A stretch of 64,000 bases of DNA, taken from assembly GCF_003704095.1 (NCBI RefSeq), contig NW_020845690.1:62001-126000 (forward strand), in the 5' to 3' direction. The position numbers were made by a program, and so were the translations under genes. The notes below the pieces were generated by a model that did no database searches, was not told the DNA's origin, and saw only the letters and a program-made list of their open reading frames with translations. Below, piece by piece: positions 13,023-24,349 of the stretch (positions within the stretch are counted from its first letter, which is position 1; every line of letters begins with the position of its first letter). The DNA is from Pocillopora damicornis (Eukaryota).

Positions 13023-14089
13023 ACTCAACTCAAATTTTACTGGCTAGCCCTATTGTTTTCGATAAAGACAATCTGCATTCAACGAGTGACCTCTACCGCC
13101 ATCTTGAGTAATGTTTTTGGACACTCCTGCCGAGGTTCTCACGGTAATTACAGTTTGCGTGATCTTCCCAGCTTGGTAAAGGTGTTGTTTCGCGTCGCAC
13201 TACTGTATTTGTTGTTTTTTCTACGGATTCTCTTCGGCTAAGAGGTAATCTTGTCTTTTACATTTATCTGTTAGTTTTTTATTTGGCAAAGTACAATGAA
13301 TTTGTACTTGTGTCGCCAGCAAGGAACGGTTAAAATCCATGCTTACTTTCATAGGGTGTCGAATGAAATTCCTTGCACTTCAGCACTTACTAGGCGAAAC
13401 AAAAGACCTTTTTAAGGGAGCTACCGTATTGATCGGGACAGAGAGCTCATAGTGTACTCTTTATTTACTTTTATGCATTTACGATCCAATAAAACGTGAT
13501 GTAAATTTTTCAAAAGAGGGTCGCGTTTTCAATTTTGAATAGGACACCATGATGGCCTCTGATGTACGTGGAGGTATTTCTTTCCACGTGACGTTTATGT
13601 GGTAACGAGATATTCATCGATAGATTTCACTTTGAGTAAGAAAGCGATCTTCGCAGTAATGACCATGGTAATTTCAATTTATGTGATACCGATTTTTATA
13701 GGAGTGGTTAGTAAAAATCCTCGTTCTTACCGTTTGTGACCCGCTAAGTATTTACGAGTAACGCGTAAAACCGAAGAAAGTTCATCGAAAAAGCTCCAAC
13801 TCTCGGTAACTCACTTGAAGCGATCTTTACTACCCTCTTTATTTTGTAATTTATCCTCAATAACTTAAAGTTGATTTTCACTTCTGCGGTCTAACGGACC
13901 ATGACATTTTGCAGCGGAATATTGCATTGCTAGAAATCTTACGATAAAATATGTATAAGCACAAAACCTCTTTAATCAAGTGTTTCTAGTCTTTTTGTTC
14001 AAAACCCCTAAAACTCGAAACCCCGATAACTCAAAGAAAAAGGGACCAAACGAGGTACATCTGCAGCGAAACTGTAGGTAACAATCCCA

Positions 14090-14396
14090 AATTTGCAGAA
14101 GCGCAAGGTGTTTCGCTGAATAAACGCGCTTATCTAATCTGACCGCCAGTAGGGACACACTATTAAAAACGCTGGATACAGGTAAAAATCTCATCGTTTT
14201 TCCACTGAATAACGAAACTAGCATTGATATCCGCAGTCTAAGTAAGCGGGACAGGTAACACCCTGAATTCAGAACTTCGAACGCGGAAAAATGTCAGTGT
14301 AGATTGATGTTTCTGTCACCGAACGGAAAACAATGCCTGACGATATTTTCGATGTTCGCTCGTTTGTGATCCTCTAAAAACTAGAATTGGCTAAGA
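14090..14396 (+). repeat. Segment homologous to ~20210-20536
   Basis: Shared collinear blocks AAAACGCTGGATA, CATCGTTTTTC, AACGAAACTAG, CGATATTTTCGATGTTCGCTCGTTTGTGA and ACTAGAATTG. Confidence 0.85.
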
Positions 14397-16129
14397 ACAC
14401 GTTCTTTCCGCCGATGGACCATGTAAAATATTTAAGTATAGGTTTGAGTTTGTGCTTGTTGTCGTAAAAAGTTGTCTTCGGACAAGCATTTCTATTAATA
14501 AACACGATTAATCATGGATGTCACTAGAATATGCATTTTTAATGCGGTGTCCCAATGTTATTGGTTTCGATCAGTAATTTCAAAAATGATTTAACGTTTC
14601 TTTCCCGCACTGGTGCGATGTATACGGGGTTCGAAAATATGGCGTTAGAGTATCCTTTATTTTTCTAATTATATGCAAGGTTTTCGACGTCTGCAAACTA
14701 ATAAGTGGAATCGTAATGTTTTTTCAAGGATTGTTGTCACTGACTCGCTCATTGACCTTGTCGCAACTTTCTTTGTAGCCAGTTGTCGAAGTTTTTATTG
14801 TGAAATATTTACGATTAAATAAGCCAAAGAGATTAATTCCAGCCAAAATGCAAATCATCCAAAAAATTTAGTTTTCAGGAAAACATTTCTATAAAATTAC
14901 AAGAATTGAAGACATTGGATGCTTCGGTCTAGTGGCTATAAGACTCGCGAAATGCGTCGTGTTGTTGTGAAAGTTAAAGAAATTGATGGAATAGTTTTAT
15001 TAAAAAATAGCGCAGCTTATTTTACGAGTAAATTATTTGATTTAAATCCGCACTATTTTCTTCTAAGAAGCCCTACTGCAAACAAGAATGTTGAAAGATT
15101 ACTTTATGCTAATTTTTCGATTTTTCTCGATAATACTGACCGTCATATTAACTCCAATTGAAAATTCTCGATGAAAATGTTGGCTACTTTATCAAAACAT
15201 TCAATCGCTTAAAATTTTTTGACTTCTAAAAATGTGAATAACTTGAAAGAATCAAAAAGAAAAACAGAAGCAAAATAAATTAACAAAACAGAAACACAAT
15301 ACAACAATGCAAAACAAAGAAAAATATTTTGAACTTTTAACAATATTCACTTTTATTTTTCACGAAATTTTTACAATATTCACTTTATTTTTCTCCATAA
15401 CTTTTTCAGAATTGCGGGAAATTCCTTTCCATACGGAATGGAAAGAGATATTTTAAAACATCTCAAAACCATAAGATAATTCTCTAGATGAAAGAGTGTT
15501 GTACTTGCATTAACCGAATTTTAATACATGTTTATCATCCGTGTAGAGGTATTCATTATCGTTTTGCCAGCCAGATTTGATAGAAAAGGCCACAATTTTC
15601 CAAACGTTCAAACTCTACGATATCCAGTGTTCAATTTACAAACTTGTGAATTTCAATGTCTTACTTTCCATCAACTTGCGAAACGATGTTTTAAGCAAAA
15701 TATGAGCCTCGCTCTCTATTAGGAAAATTAATTTATCTAATAGGAATTAGTGTACAAACGGTTAATAGGAGCTTCAACGTGATTCTGACAACAAACAGTT
15801 GATACTCCGTGTGATTTTGCTTTGTTTTGCCGGCTCATTTATCCACGGCTAATGAAAATTTTCCTTCGACCCTTAACACTCTGACATCACTATGCACATT
15901 TTCCATATTGATCTCATATTGACAAGGAGAATTTGTTTAACAATCAAAAGTATTCTAAGTCAGGAATCATTTCCTGTCTTCTCGTCACTCTTAGGGGTTA
16001 AATTGTTCAGTTTTACAGACAATCCTAGTAACGTATACTGTAAACGTCATTATAATGATAAGGATGTGAACTGTATTAATTTTTTTAAACATTTTTCTAA
16101 CCATTTGACAGGTGAGTCAATCTTGGAAC

Positions 16130-17328
16130 ATGTCTGAGAAACCTGGCGTTGGATATAACTACATGAGCGAGGGACAGGGGGCTGCAGCCCCCCCTTCTTA
16201 CGGTATGCAACAGCCCCCACCGCAACAAGGTTACCCTCCGGCCCAACAAGGGTACCCTCCCGCCCAACCAGGGTACCCTCCCGCCCAACCAGGGTACCCT
16301 CAACCAGTCATGGCCCAGCCGGCCCCCATGCAAAGCACTAACACAACTGTTGTGGTCACGCAACCGACAATGGTTCTTCAACAAGGGATGCGGGACTGGA
16401 GCACTGGTCTGTGCGGATGTTTTGAAGACTGCTACTCTCGTAAGTAACTACTTAAGTACTGTGTTTGCGCAGGTCCCAGTGAATACATCAACAGAATTAA
16501 GATAGCCGGGTATCTTCGCGATCTTGGCGCGATGCTTTGGAAAATTCACGTTCGATTTGGTCTGAACGATTATATATTTTACGTCGTTTTGCATCCTACT
16601 TGCGAGAAGATGCTGGGAAATCGCAAAACGTATTTAGTAATTGCGTGCACTCAGTTGAAATTTGCACTAGGGAAGGACATCTTTCTGAAATATTTTTACC
16701 TGATTTTCTTCCATGCAGTTTGTATGGGCTGGTTTTGTCCATGTATTTTACTCTGTGATGTGTCCCAGAGAATGGGTGAAGGTTGTTGCTTTGCGACTTG
16801 CTGTCCTGGAGCTCTGTTGGGACTGAGGATCAAACTCAGGGCACAGCAGAACATTCAGGTTTGTTTATTAATATTTAGAATAACGCCACGCTGTAACGCC
16901 ACACTGTAACACCACGCTGTAATGACATGACCATGCCTAGTCCCTATTTCCCATCTCAGTCCGTGGGGCGAATGAGAAGAAATCGGCGATAGGAAGAAAA
17001 AAAATCGAAGCCACGCGAACACTGAAAGTTTTCACGCGGAAACGATACCTTTGAGATACATAAATCCGTCACTAAAAACCAACAATTGTATTTTTAAACT
17101 TGTGACATACTTCAGCAGTGGAGATAGTAATTCATGTGTTCATGTTACTGTTATTGTCAACTCTCTCTTCTCCAGAACTCCTTGTTTACCAGCATACAAG
17201 GAATCAATTTGTTGCTTCTTTCCTTCCAGGGCTCCTTGTGCAATGACTTCTGTGTGGTACAGTGCTGTGGAGTATGCGCCCTGTGTCAGCTGTCACGTGA
17301 GCTGAACCACCTGGGAGTGAGTCAGTGA
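16130..17328 (+). CDS. PLAC8/cornifelin-family Cys-rich protein, copy 1 (~182 aa)
   Basis: Exons 16130-16439, 16719-16858, 17230-17328. Motifs RDWSTGLCGCFED, CMGWFCPCIL, LRIKLRAQQNIQGSLCND and CALCQLSREL. Pro/Gln/Gly/Tyr-rich N-terminus. Confidence 0.93.
16218..16300 (+). repeat. Coding 21-bp tandem repeat (PAQ[Q/P]GYP, about 4 copies)
   Basis: CCGCCCAACCAGGGTACCCT-type units in PLAC8 copy 1, exon 1. Confidence 0.9.
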
Positions 17329-19277
17329 TTCTGTGACGTATTTCACTTGTCGGTGGCTTAAATAGTAACATTTTAGTATAAAACGCTATTAGCACCAAAT
17401 TCTTTCTTCATATTCTGAAGCGCAGTAGGGATAGATTAGGTTTGTAGGTTGTATGATAAACTTGTTGATGCAAATAGAAAAAACTGCTACATCTCTTAAC
17501 CAAAACCTTGTTAAAACGAGGAAGATATCGTTTAGAAAATCGTCAAACGAAAGATTTTTGGCTGCTTAGCATTCTTAGTGGTGTGAGGTGAACAGAAGAA
17601 CAAGAGAGCAGACACTTGTAGTATTTTATCACCAGTTTATCGAATACCTTCATTTATATGAACATGAGATCTATGTAGAGATGGTTGAATTGTTTAGTCT
17701 GAAAATAGAGGGCAGTTTACAAAACGATAGTCCTAAACCCAGTTGTGATGTCTGATAGGAGAAAAACTGCTTTTACATAATTCTTTACGTAATAATAGGC
17801 AGGTATGTAACTCGAATAAACCACTCGTGAAATGGCCTAGCTATATTTTTGATGAAAGTAGACGTTTTGAGGGAATAATTTCAACTGACTACAACAATTA
17901 GAACCCGCGCATGCGCACGATATGACGCTCGAATCCTGGCATAAGGTTCGAGCTGATGATCACAACTTCTACGCGAGGAAAAAGTACAGGACAGACTGCG
18001 CCAACTTCTTGGTCAGCAGAAACGAATGAAAAAGCGAGCGACCAATAACCAGGGTCTTACTTTCCCTTATCCGCCCTCTTGCTTGTCTTTACTGACTTAG
18101 AGATTGGAACAGGCTATTAGTAACTGAGAAAACTGCACTAGTTCTAACAGATTTTGATGACAAATAAATCCTTTTTTTAGCACATCTTTGACTTGCGGCG
18201 TGATCATTATGGCGAATAAGTGCTCTTCCCGTGGGTCCTGATGGCTTTTGCGGCTAAAAGTTAGAATTTTCGCCAATTTACGGTTAACAATTCATATCTT
18301 TCCGTTGTGATCACCAGAAACTTTTTTGCGAATAACTCTTTTTACGACTAACGATTAAATTTTGTCAGTTTTACGCTAAACGGCTAAATTTTTGGCCGTT
18401 TTACGGCTATTGGTTAATAACATTGAGACCCTCCTTCTCTCTCGGTCATCAGTGTCACAATAGAAATTGAAATGAAAGGAACATCACAAGTTTAATTTTG
18501 AGAAAACACGGTGAATCAAAAAAAAAAAAATGGAAGAGTTCTAAAGATCACGTGGATAAATAAGGATCTGGATATTGGATCAAGAAAATATCAACTGATA
18601 TTATCTTGATTGGTTGATGTACACAAACACAAAACTTTCNNNNNNNNNNNNNNNNNNNNNNNNNNNNNNNNNNNNNNNNNNNNNNNNNNNNNNNNNNNNN
18701 NNNNNNNNNNNNNNNNNNNNNNNNNNNNNNNNNNNNNNNNNNNNNNNNNNNNNNNNNNNNNNNNNNNNNNNNNNNNNNNNNNNNNNNNNNNNNCCCTCCG
18801 TTCTCCCTCAAACCATAAAATACCCCCCCTCCTCCGGCAAAAGATTATTTTTCATGGTAATAAGCCGGAAAGGGAGAAATGTCTTGATATCCTGTGAGTA
18901 GCATTCCATTGGTAAGACGTTACGCATGCGCATGAACAAAAATAACTTTTAAAAAAGAAATTGTTGTAAAGGAAAATTCCCTGTCGATTGAATCATAACA
19001 AGCTTTGAAAATTTCTACGCAAAATATATTTTGTCCCAAACAACAAATTAAATGTCAGTGAACGGCACCAGACTCCCTGTTTGACTTATTACTCTTCTTT
19101 CTGAGATCGCGTGACAGACATCTATAAGTGCATTTTTCTCGGAATCAGAGCATTGTGTTTGACCCATTCCTCTTCCTTTTGAGATCACGTGACAAACAAT
19201 CAGACACGGGCGCGGGCGTATTTTTCTCGAGTCAGAGTATTGTGGATTTAGGGAAGAAACAACATTGAGTGACAGAG

Positions 19278-22200
19278 ATGGAGGTAAGTTACTCTCTTTC
19301 CGACGTTCGATTTGTTTGGGGTTTTTTTTCTCATAGCTCGATGTCTCAAAAACAAATACCAAAATCAACTCCCTTGGATAAGTTATTCGATTCAGGAACA
19401 GTCTAGTTACACTCAGATGATGCTTGCACTGAAATGTATACGGACTTTGTGATGTTTAATTCAACTCTTAAACGCCTACGAACTGAAGGAATCTGCAGAG
19501 CGTTAGCTTCACGAAGATTTGACTTAGCGCAATCGAGATTTTGTTCACTTTCAGAATATCATTTCAATATAAATTTCATTTTTCTTTTCTTAGAGAAATT
19601 TCCCTGTCGCTTCACATTCTGCCGTGGTCATTCGTGCCCTCGCGATCAATTTCTAAGACTTTCATTGCAAAGCGCACTAGAATATTCTCTTCCTGAAGGT
19701 GCAAAAGCAATTACATTTCGGAATCTACTATGAAGAGCTTGAGTAAACTCCAAGCAGGGGAGAAGTCAGTTAAAGAATAAATAGCTTTAATTTTGAGCAT
19801 GCAGCGATTTGGTTTGATGGTACAGTGGATCTTAAGCGGAAAATTCCGAACGCGTTTCTTGCACTTAAGTACTTTGGACACCTCAGCTTTTAGAGTGCTA
19901 TTCCTCGCACGATACAGACCGATTTCCGCCAACCTCTAACATTCTAGCATTATAACTATATTTCGTGAAAAATTTAAGGAGTTTGTGCCCAAAAATGCTT
20001 CCATTTCGTGTCCACGCCATTCGAATTCAGAGATAATTCACTCAGAAATCGAAACGAAACTCAATACCTCTTAAGATGCACATTCAGTGACCTCACCAGA
20101 CATAGGAACGAGCTTTGGCTTGTAGAGATTCGAGAAATAAATAGATATCAAATTTAAAGGAGTCTACGTGAAATCCGAACTTCAGAATAGAGACTGAAAA
20201 TTGCATCCGCGGTGAAAATCGTAATTTGCATTCCCAGGTTGCTGAGGCACCCCCACGTGTATAAAATCTGACAACAAGCAGACACACAGTTACTCTAGAT
20301 TTCTTTAAAACGCTGGATATATTTCGAAATCCCATCGTTTTTCAATAAACAACGAAACTAGTATTATTATCCATAATAAAAAAAAAACGTGACAGGTGCT
20401 ACTCTGTATTTAAAATTTCGAACGGGGAAACAATTTCCATTGCAGATTTACGTTTGCTGTCAAAAACGGAAAATATTGCCTTGTCGATATTTTCGATGTT
20501 CGCTCGTTTGTGACCTAGACACTAGAATTGATTAAGTGGGCCTCGCCAACACGAACCATTTTCTGCTTCGCTTCAGTTCATTTTCTGCATGATATGACCA
20601 ACGATTACTCGAACTGGTTTGTCGATGAGCGCCGCACATCAACAAACTAATTTTGGGATACTTAAAAAGTGCTGTGGTAAAAATAATGAAATATTTTGAA
20701 GCACCCTTTTATTGACCTTTTAGCATTACACTTAACGTGTCAGCACTCATCAAGTTCAAATTTTCATTTAACTTCAGCATGTTGTGGACCATGGAGTGCT
20801 CTGATGCTTTTATGCCTCAATCGACTTCCCAAGACTAAGATTAAACGGAAGTTGCAATTTTCACTGTGTGAACAGAAATACTTCCTACACAGTATTGTTC
20901 CTTATTTCATGAGGAAATCGACTTCCCGATAACTCAACCATTTCCAATATCCTTCCAAGATTCCATTTATAAGGAATCGACTGTGAATTTTTTGGTTCAT
21001 ATTCTAGATTTTTGGGATTTGAAGGATGTTATATATCATAAACAATCCAATCAGTCTTTCTCTGTAGACTGTATTCCGCTAGGTACTTGTCCTTAATATC
21101 CTCAATACTTTTCAAAGCTGTCACTTTTTCGTCACGGTTTCTTCAAATTGTTTTCGCTAGTAAACTGGTCCTGATCAACCTCTTTAAGGCTTTGAAATGT
21201 TGAATTCGCAAACAAACAAAAAATATTTTCAAACCTGTATGCCTCGTTGGACAACACAAAGAAGACATTTTTTCATTTTCTACCGCTGACTCTGAAAAGA
21301 ATTCTGCACCAACCAATCAGCGATTGGTTAGATTGGTTAGAATGTGATCCCCTTTGAGAACTTAAATTTTTGATTTCGAGGTTAGGAAATAGCCTTCAAA
21401 AGGAAGTGGCGATTTTAAGAGAAATGTTTCAGTCCTAGTAAAAGTATGGAATAGGAAGATAAAGACTTGAAAGGGAAGCAGTCCATATAGATTTTTATCA
21501 AGCTGCAACAAGTGTGAAATCACTTCGTAAGGCAGCTGAATTTCACGTAAATTAACAACGCCAAAACGGTTTTAATCGGGACTCAGAGCATATGGTTTGA
21601 GTTATAACTTTGTTTCTAGAAAAATCAATTTAATTGTGTTTAAAAAAAAGCCTTGAAGTTTGGCCACAAAAATGTGAACCGAGCTCGCATTATATTCGTT
21701 GCTCCAAACCCGGGATAAATGGATGTAACATTTTTTTTATATATCTTTTAACTGTCATGCAGCAAGGTTACCCAGTTATAGCTCAACCAACCAATTACCA
21801 GACCAGGAATACAACTGTAGTTGTGAATCAGCCAGCACCCATCGTGTTTCAGCAGGGAATGCGAGACTGGAGCTCTGATCTGTGCGGATGCTGCGAGGAC
21901 TGCTACTCTTGTGAGTTAAACAATTTTGAGGTGTCTCGCAAACGAAAGGAAGCGCAAAATAAAAGAAAAGAAGAGAAAAGCTCAGCCAGTGTCATCGACT
22001 TTTCTTGCCCCTATGCTTTTGGCGACTATTTCACTCTCGTTCCCAGATCCCTTTCTTCTCTTTAAAACGTGGGTATGCTCCAGTCTATCGTAGTCATCGT
22101 GGTGCTCGCTGTGCAAGCATAGAATCTCAAATCTATATAAAACACATATAATTGTGTTTGCCGTTTTTATAAATTGTTATAGGTCATTTTTGGAATATCG

Positions 22201-22738
22201 TAAAAAGGCTTTTACTGCTCGTACGATAAACAGTATGTTCCCGATTTGTTTTCTTGTAGTATGTATGGGATTGTTTTGTCCATGTATTTTACTCTGTGAT
22301 GTGTCCCAGAGAATGGGTGAAGGTTGTTGCTTTGCGACCTGTTGTCCTGGAGCTTTGTTGGGGCTGAGGATCAAACTCAGGACACAGCAGAACATTCAGG
22401 TAAATTTCGTCTGTGTTCGTTCTAGATTTACGCAGATTCTGAATGTTATAGTATACAAAAGGTAATCTGCGATCACACACTCTTCCATACCTCTTACCCT
22501 CGCCTAGAGGGTGTTTATCAAGAAATGCTTTCAGTAGCAATTGCTGGAGAACATTCTTACATCAAAAATTCTTTAATAACTCTCAAGGGTTTGAACTAGA
22601 CTTGACTTGATTCAAAAGACTTGAAACTTTTATTTCCAGGGCTCCCTGTGCAATGATTACTGCGTGGTTCAATGCTTACCAACATGCGTGCTGTGTCAGC
22701 TGTCACGTGAGCTGAACCACATGGGATTGAGGCAGTGA
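19278..22738 (+). CDS. PLAC8/cornifelin-family Cys-rich protein, copy 2
   Basis: Exons 21763-21910, 22260-22399 and 22640-22738 share copy 1's intron positions. The start is either a 6-nt coding exon ATG GAG|GTAAGT at 19278-19283 (inferred) or the ATG at 21757, which overlaps a strong acceptor. Confidence 0.88.
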
Positions 22739-24349
22739 TTTTGTCACCAAATTCCGTGTTTGTCAACACCACATTGATTATAAGAGTGTTGTAGAAAGAG
22801 TCCTGCTAACTTTTTTTTAAGCCTGAAAAGCTAATTTTGCATGGTTAAGATGAAGTACTTTCTAAAGAATTTAGGAAGAACGTTGTGGGAACTGCATTTA
22901 ATCTTTGATAAAATAGAACTGCTGAAACTCTCGTTAAAATGTGATAATCGAACGAAATAAAGCTTAACTTTAGTTTACCAGGCAATAGAAGACAGAAGCT
23001 ATGACAACATAAGGAAAAGACACATATGACAAGAACTTTATGTTACAATAATTTTGTAAACCGTTTGTAAAAATAAAGCACCGGGTGACACCGATTTGAG
23101 TTGCGTAGAGCTTTGATATCCAATTAAAACCGCTCAGACAATTCCAAGCTTAGAGACCGAACGAATTACTACAACATCGAAATAGGGGCAACTACGTGAG
23201 CAGGGTGCGATCTAAAAACAAGACGATAGAAGAGAATTATAACTCTGCTTCTAGCGTGCGGCCTCGATGAAGCTAGGATGTCAGGCCAGCATGTTTGTGT
23301 CTCCTTTTTCTCACCTATTTTCTTTTCTTTCCAAGAGAGAATACGCAGGATGTTTCACTCCCAAGGTGTCATGTAGTAGTTCTTTCTCCTGAGATACATT
23401 TTTTTCTCTGTTCTTTCTCAGTTCTTTCTCTGAAATACATTTCTGATGGTGTAAGTGCTACCTTAAAATTCAACAGCTTATTGGAGCCCATTACTTAGGT
23501 AGTGGGCTCCCTTTGGAGAGCATTGCGTCAAACCCAAAAGAACAGCTGCGAACCCCTCGTTCCCAATAGACCACGAGAGGTCCCTCATCTTCGGCGAATA
23601 AAGTCCGTCGTGCGAGTTGGAAAAAAATCAGCGAAAAAGAAAAAAAACTGATGTTAGCGCGCTACAGGGAGCTATGAGAGCGAGCGCCTCACTTTAAGAG
23701 CTCCCCGTGCGACGGACTTCGCCGAAATGTATAGACAACTCGTAGTCTACGTTTCCGAAAAATATCATAAGATAGTTCTCAGTTTTCATCCTCTGTTCGC
23801 ATATCGATACTTCCGCATATATACCCTTTTCCGAATACAATAAAAAATATTTTGAGCCGATTTCGTGAACAATTTAATAAAGCACTCAGAAAAAAAATTA
23901 ATCGGAACTTTTTTTTGTCTCAAAAATAGAGGAAATAAAGTAGATTTATTTCACCACTAAAGATGCAAGTATCTTTCTCATTATTTTATTCATCTCAGGC
24001 AGGAGCCCATTACATGGGCTACTGTCCCAGGGTAACTACACGTGATTCCGTCTCGTTGATAGGAGGGATATTCTACATACCGACCTCAAGTTTCCGGAGG
24101 TTGGCATCTCACAGAACATCTTTCCCTGAAAATTTGGAAAAAGCATACATAAACAGATTCACAACTGAAATGGATCCATAATTAGGACCACAGTGTGGCA
24201 TACCCAATTTGATCCTGTTTTCGTCCTTTCCCGCAGTCCACTTTACCCTAAAATCCTCGTTTTCCATTAGATTCCAGTTTTACTCCGGTGGAACAATACA
24301 TACATACATACTGTAGTTGCCTGGCGCTAAACGTGTTCGATTCAACAAA

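Noticed and set aside
14650-14660. GTATCCTTT U12-like donor
   Set aside because: No flanking exon or matching branch site found.
18548-18901. ORFs containing X runs (also 8098-8289 and 61349-61682)
   Set aside because: Artefacts of N gaps.
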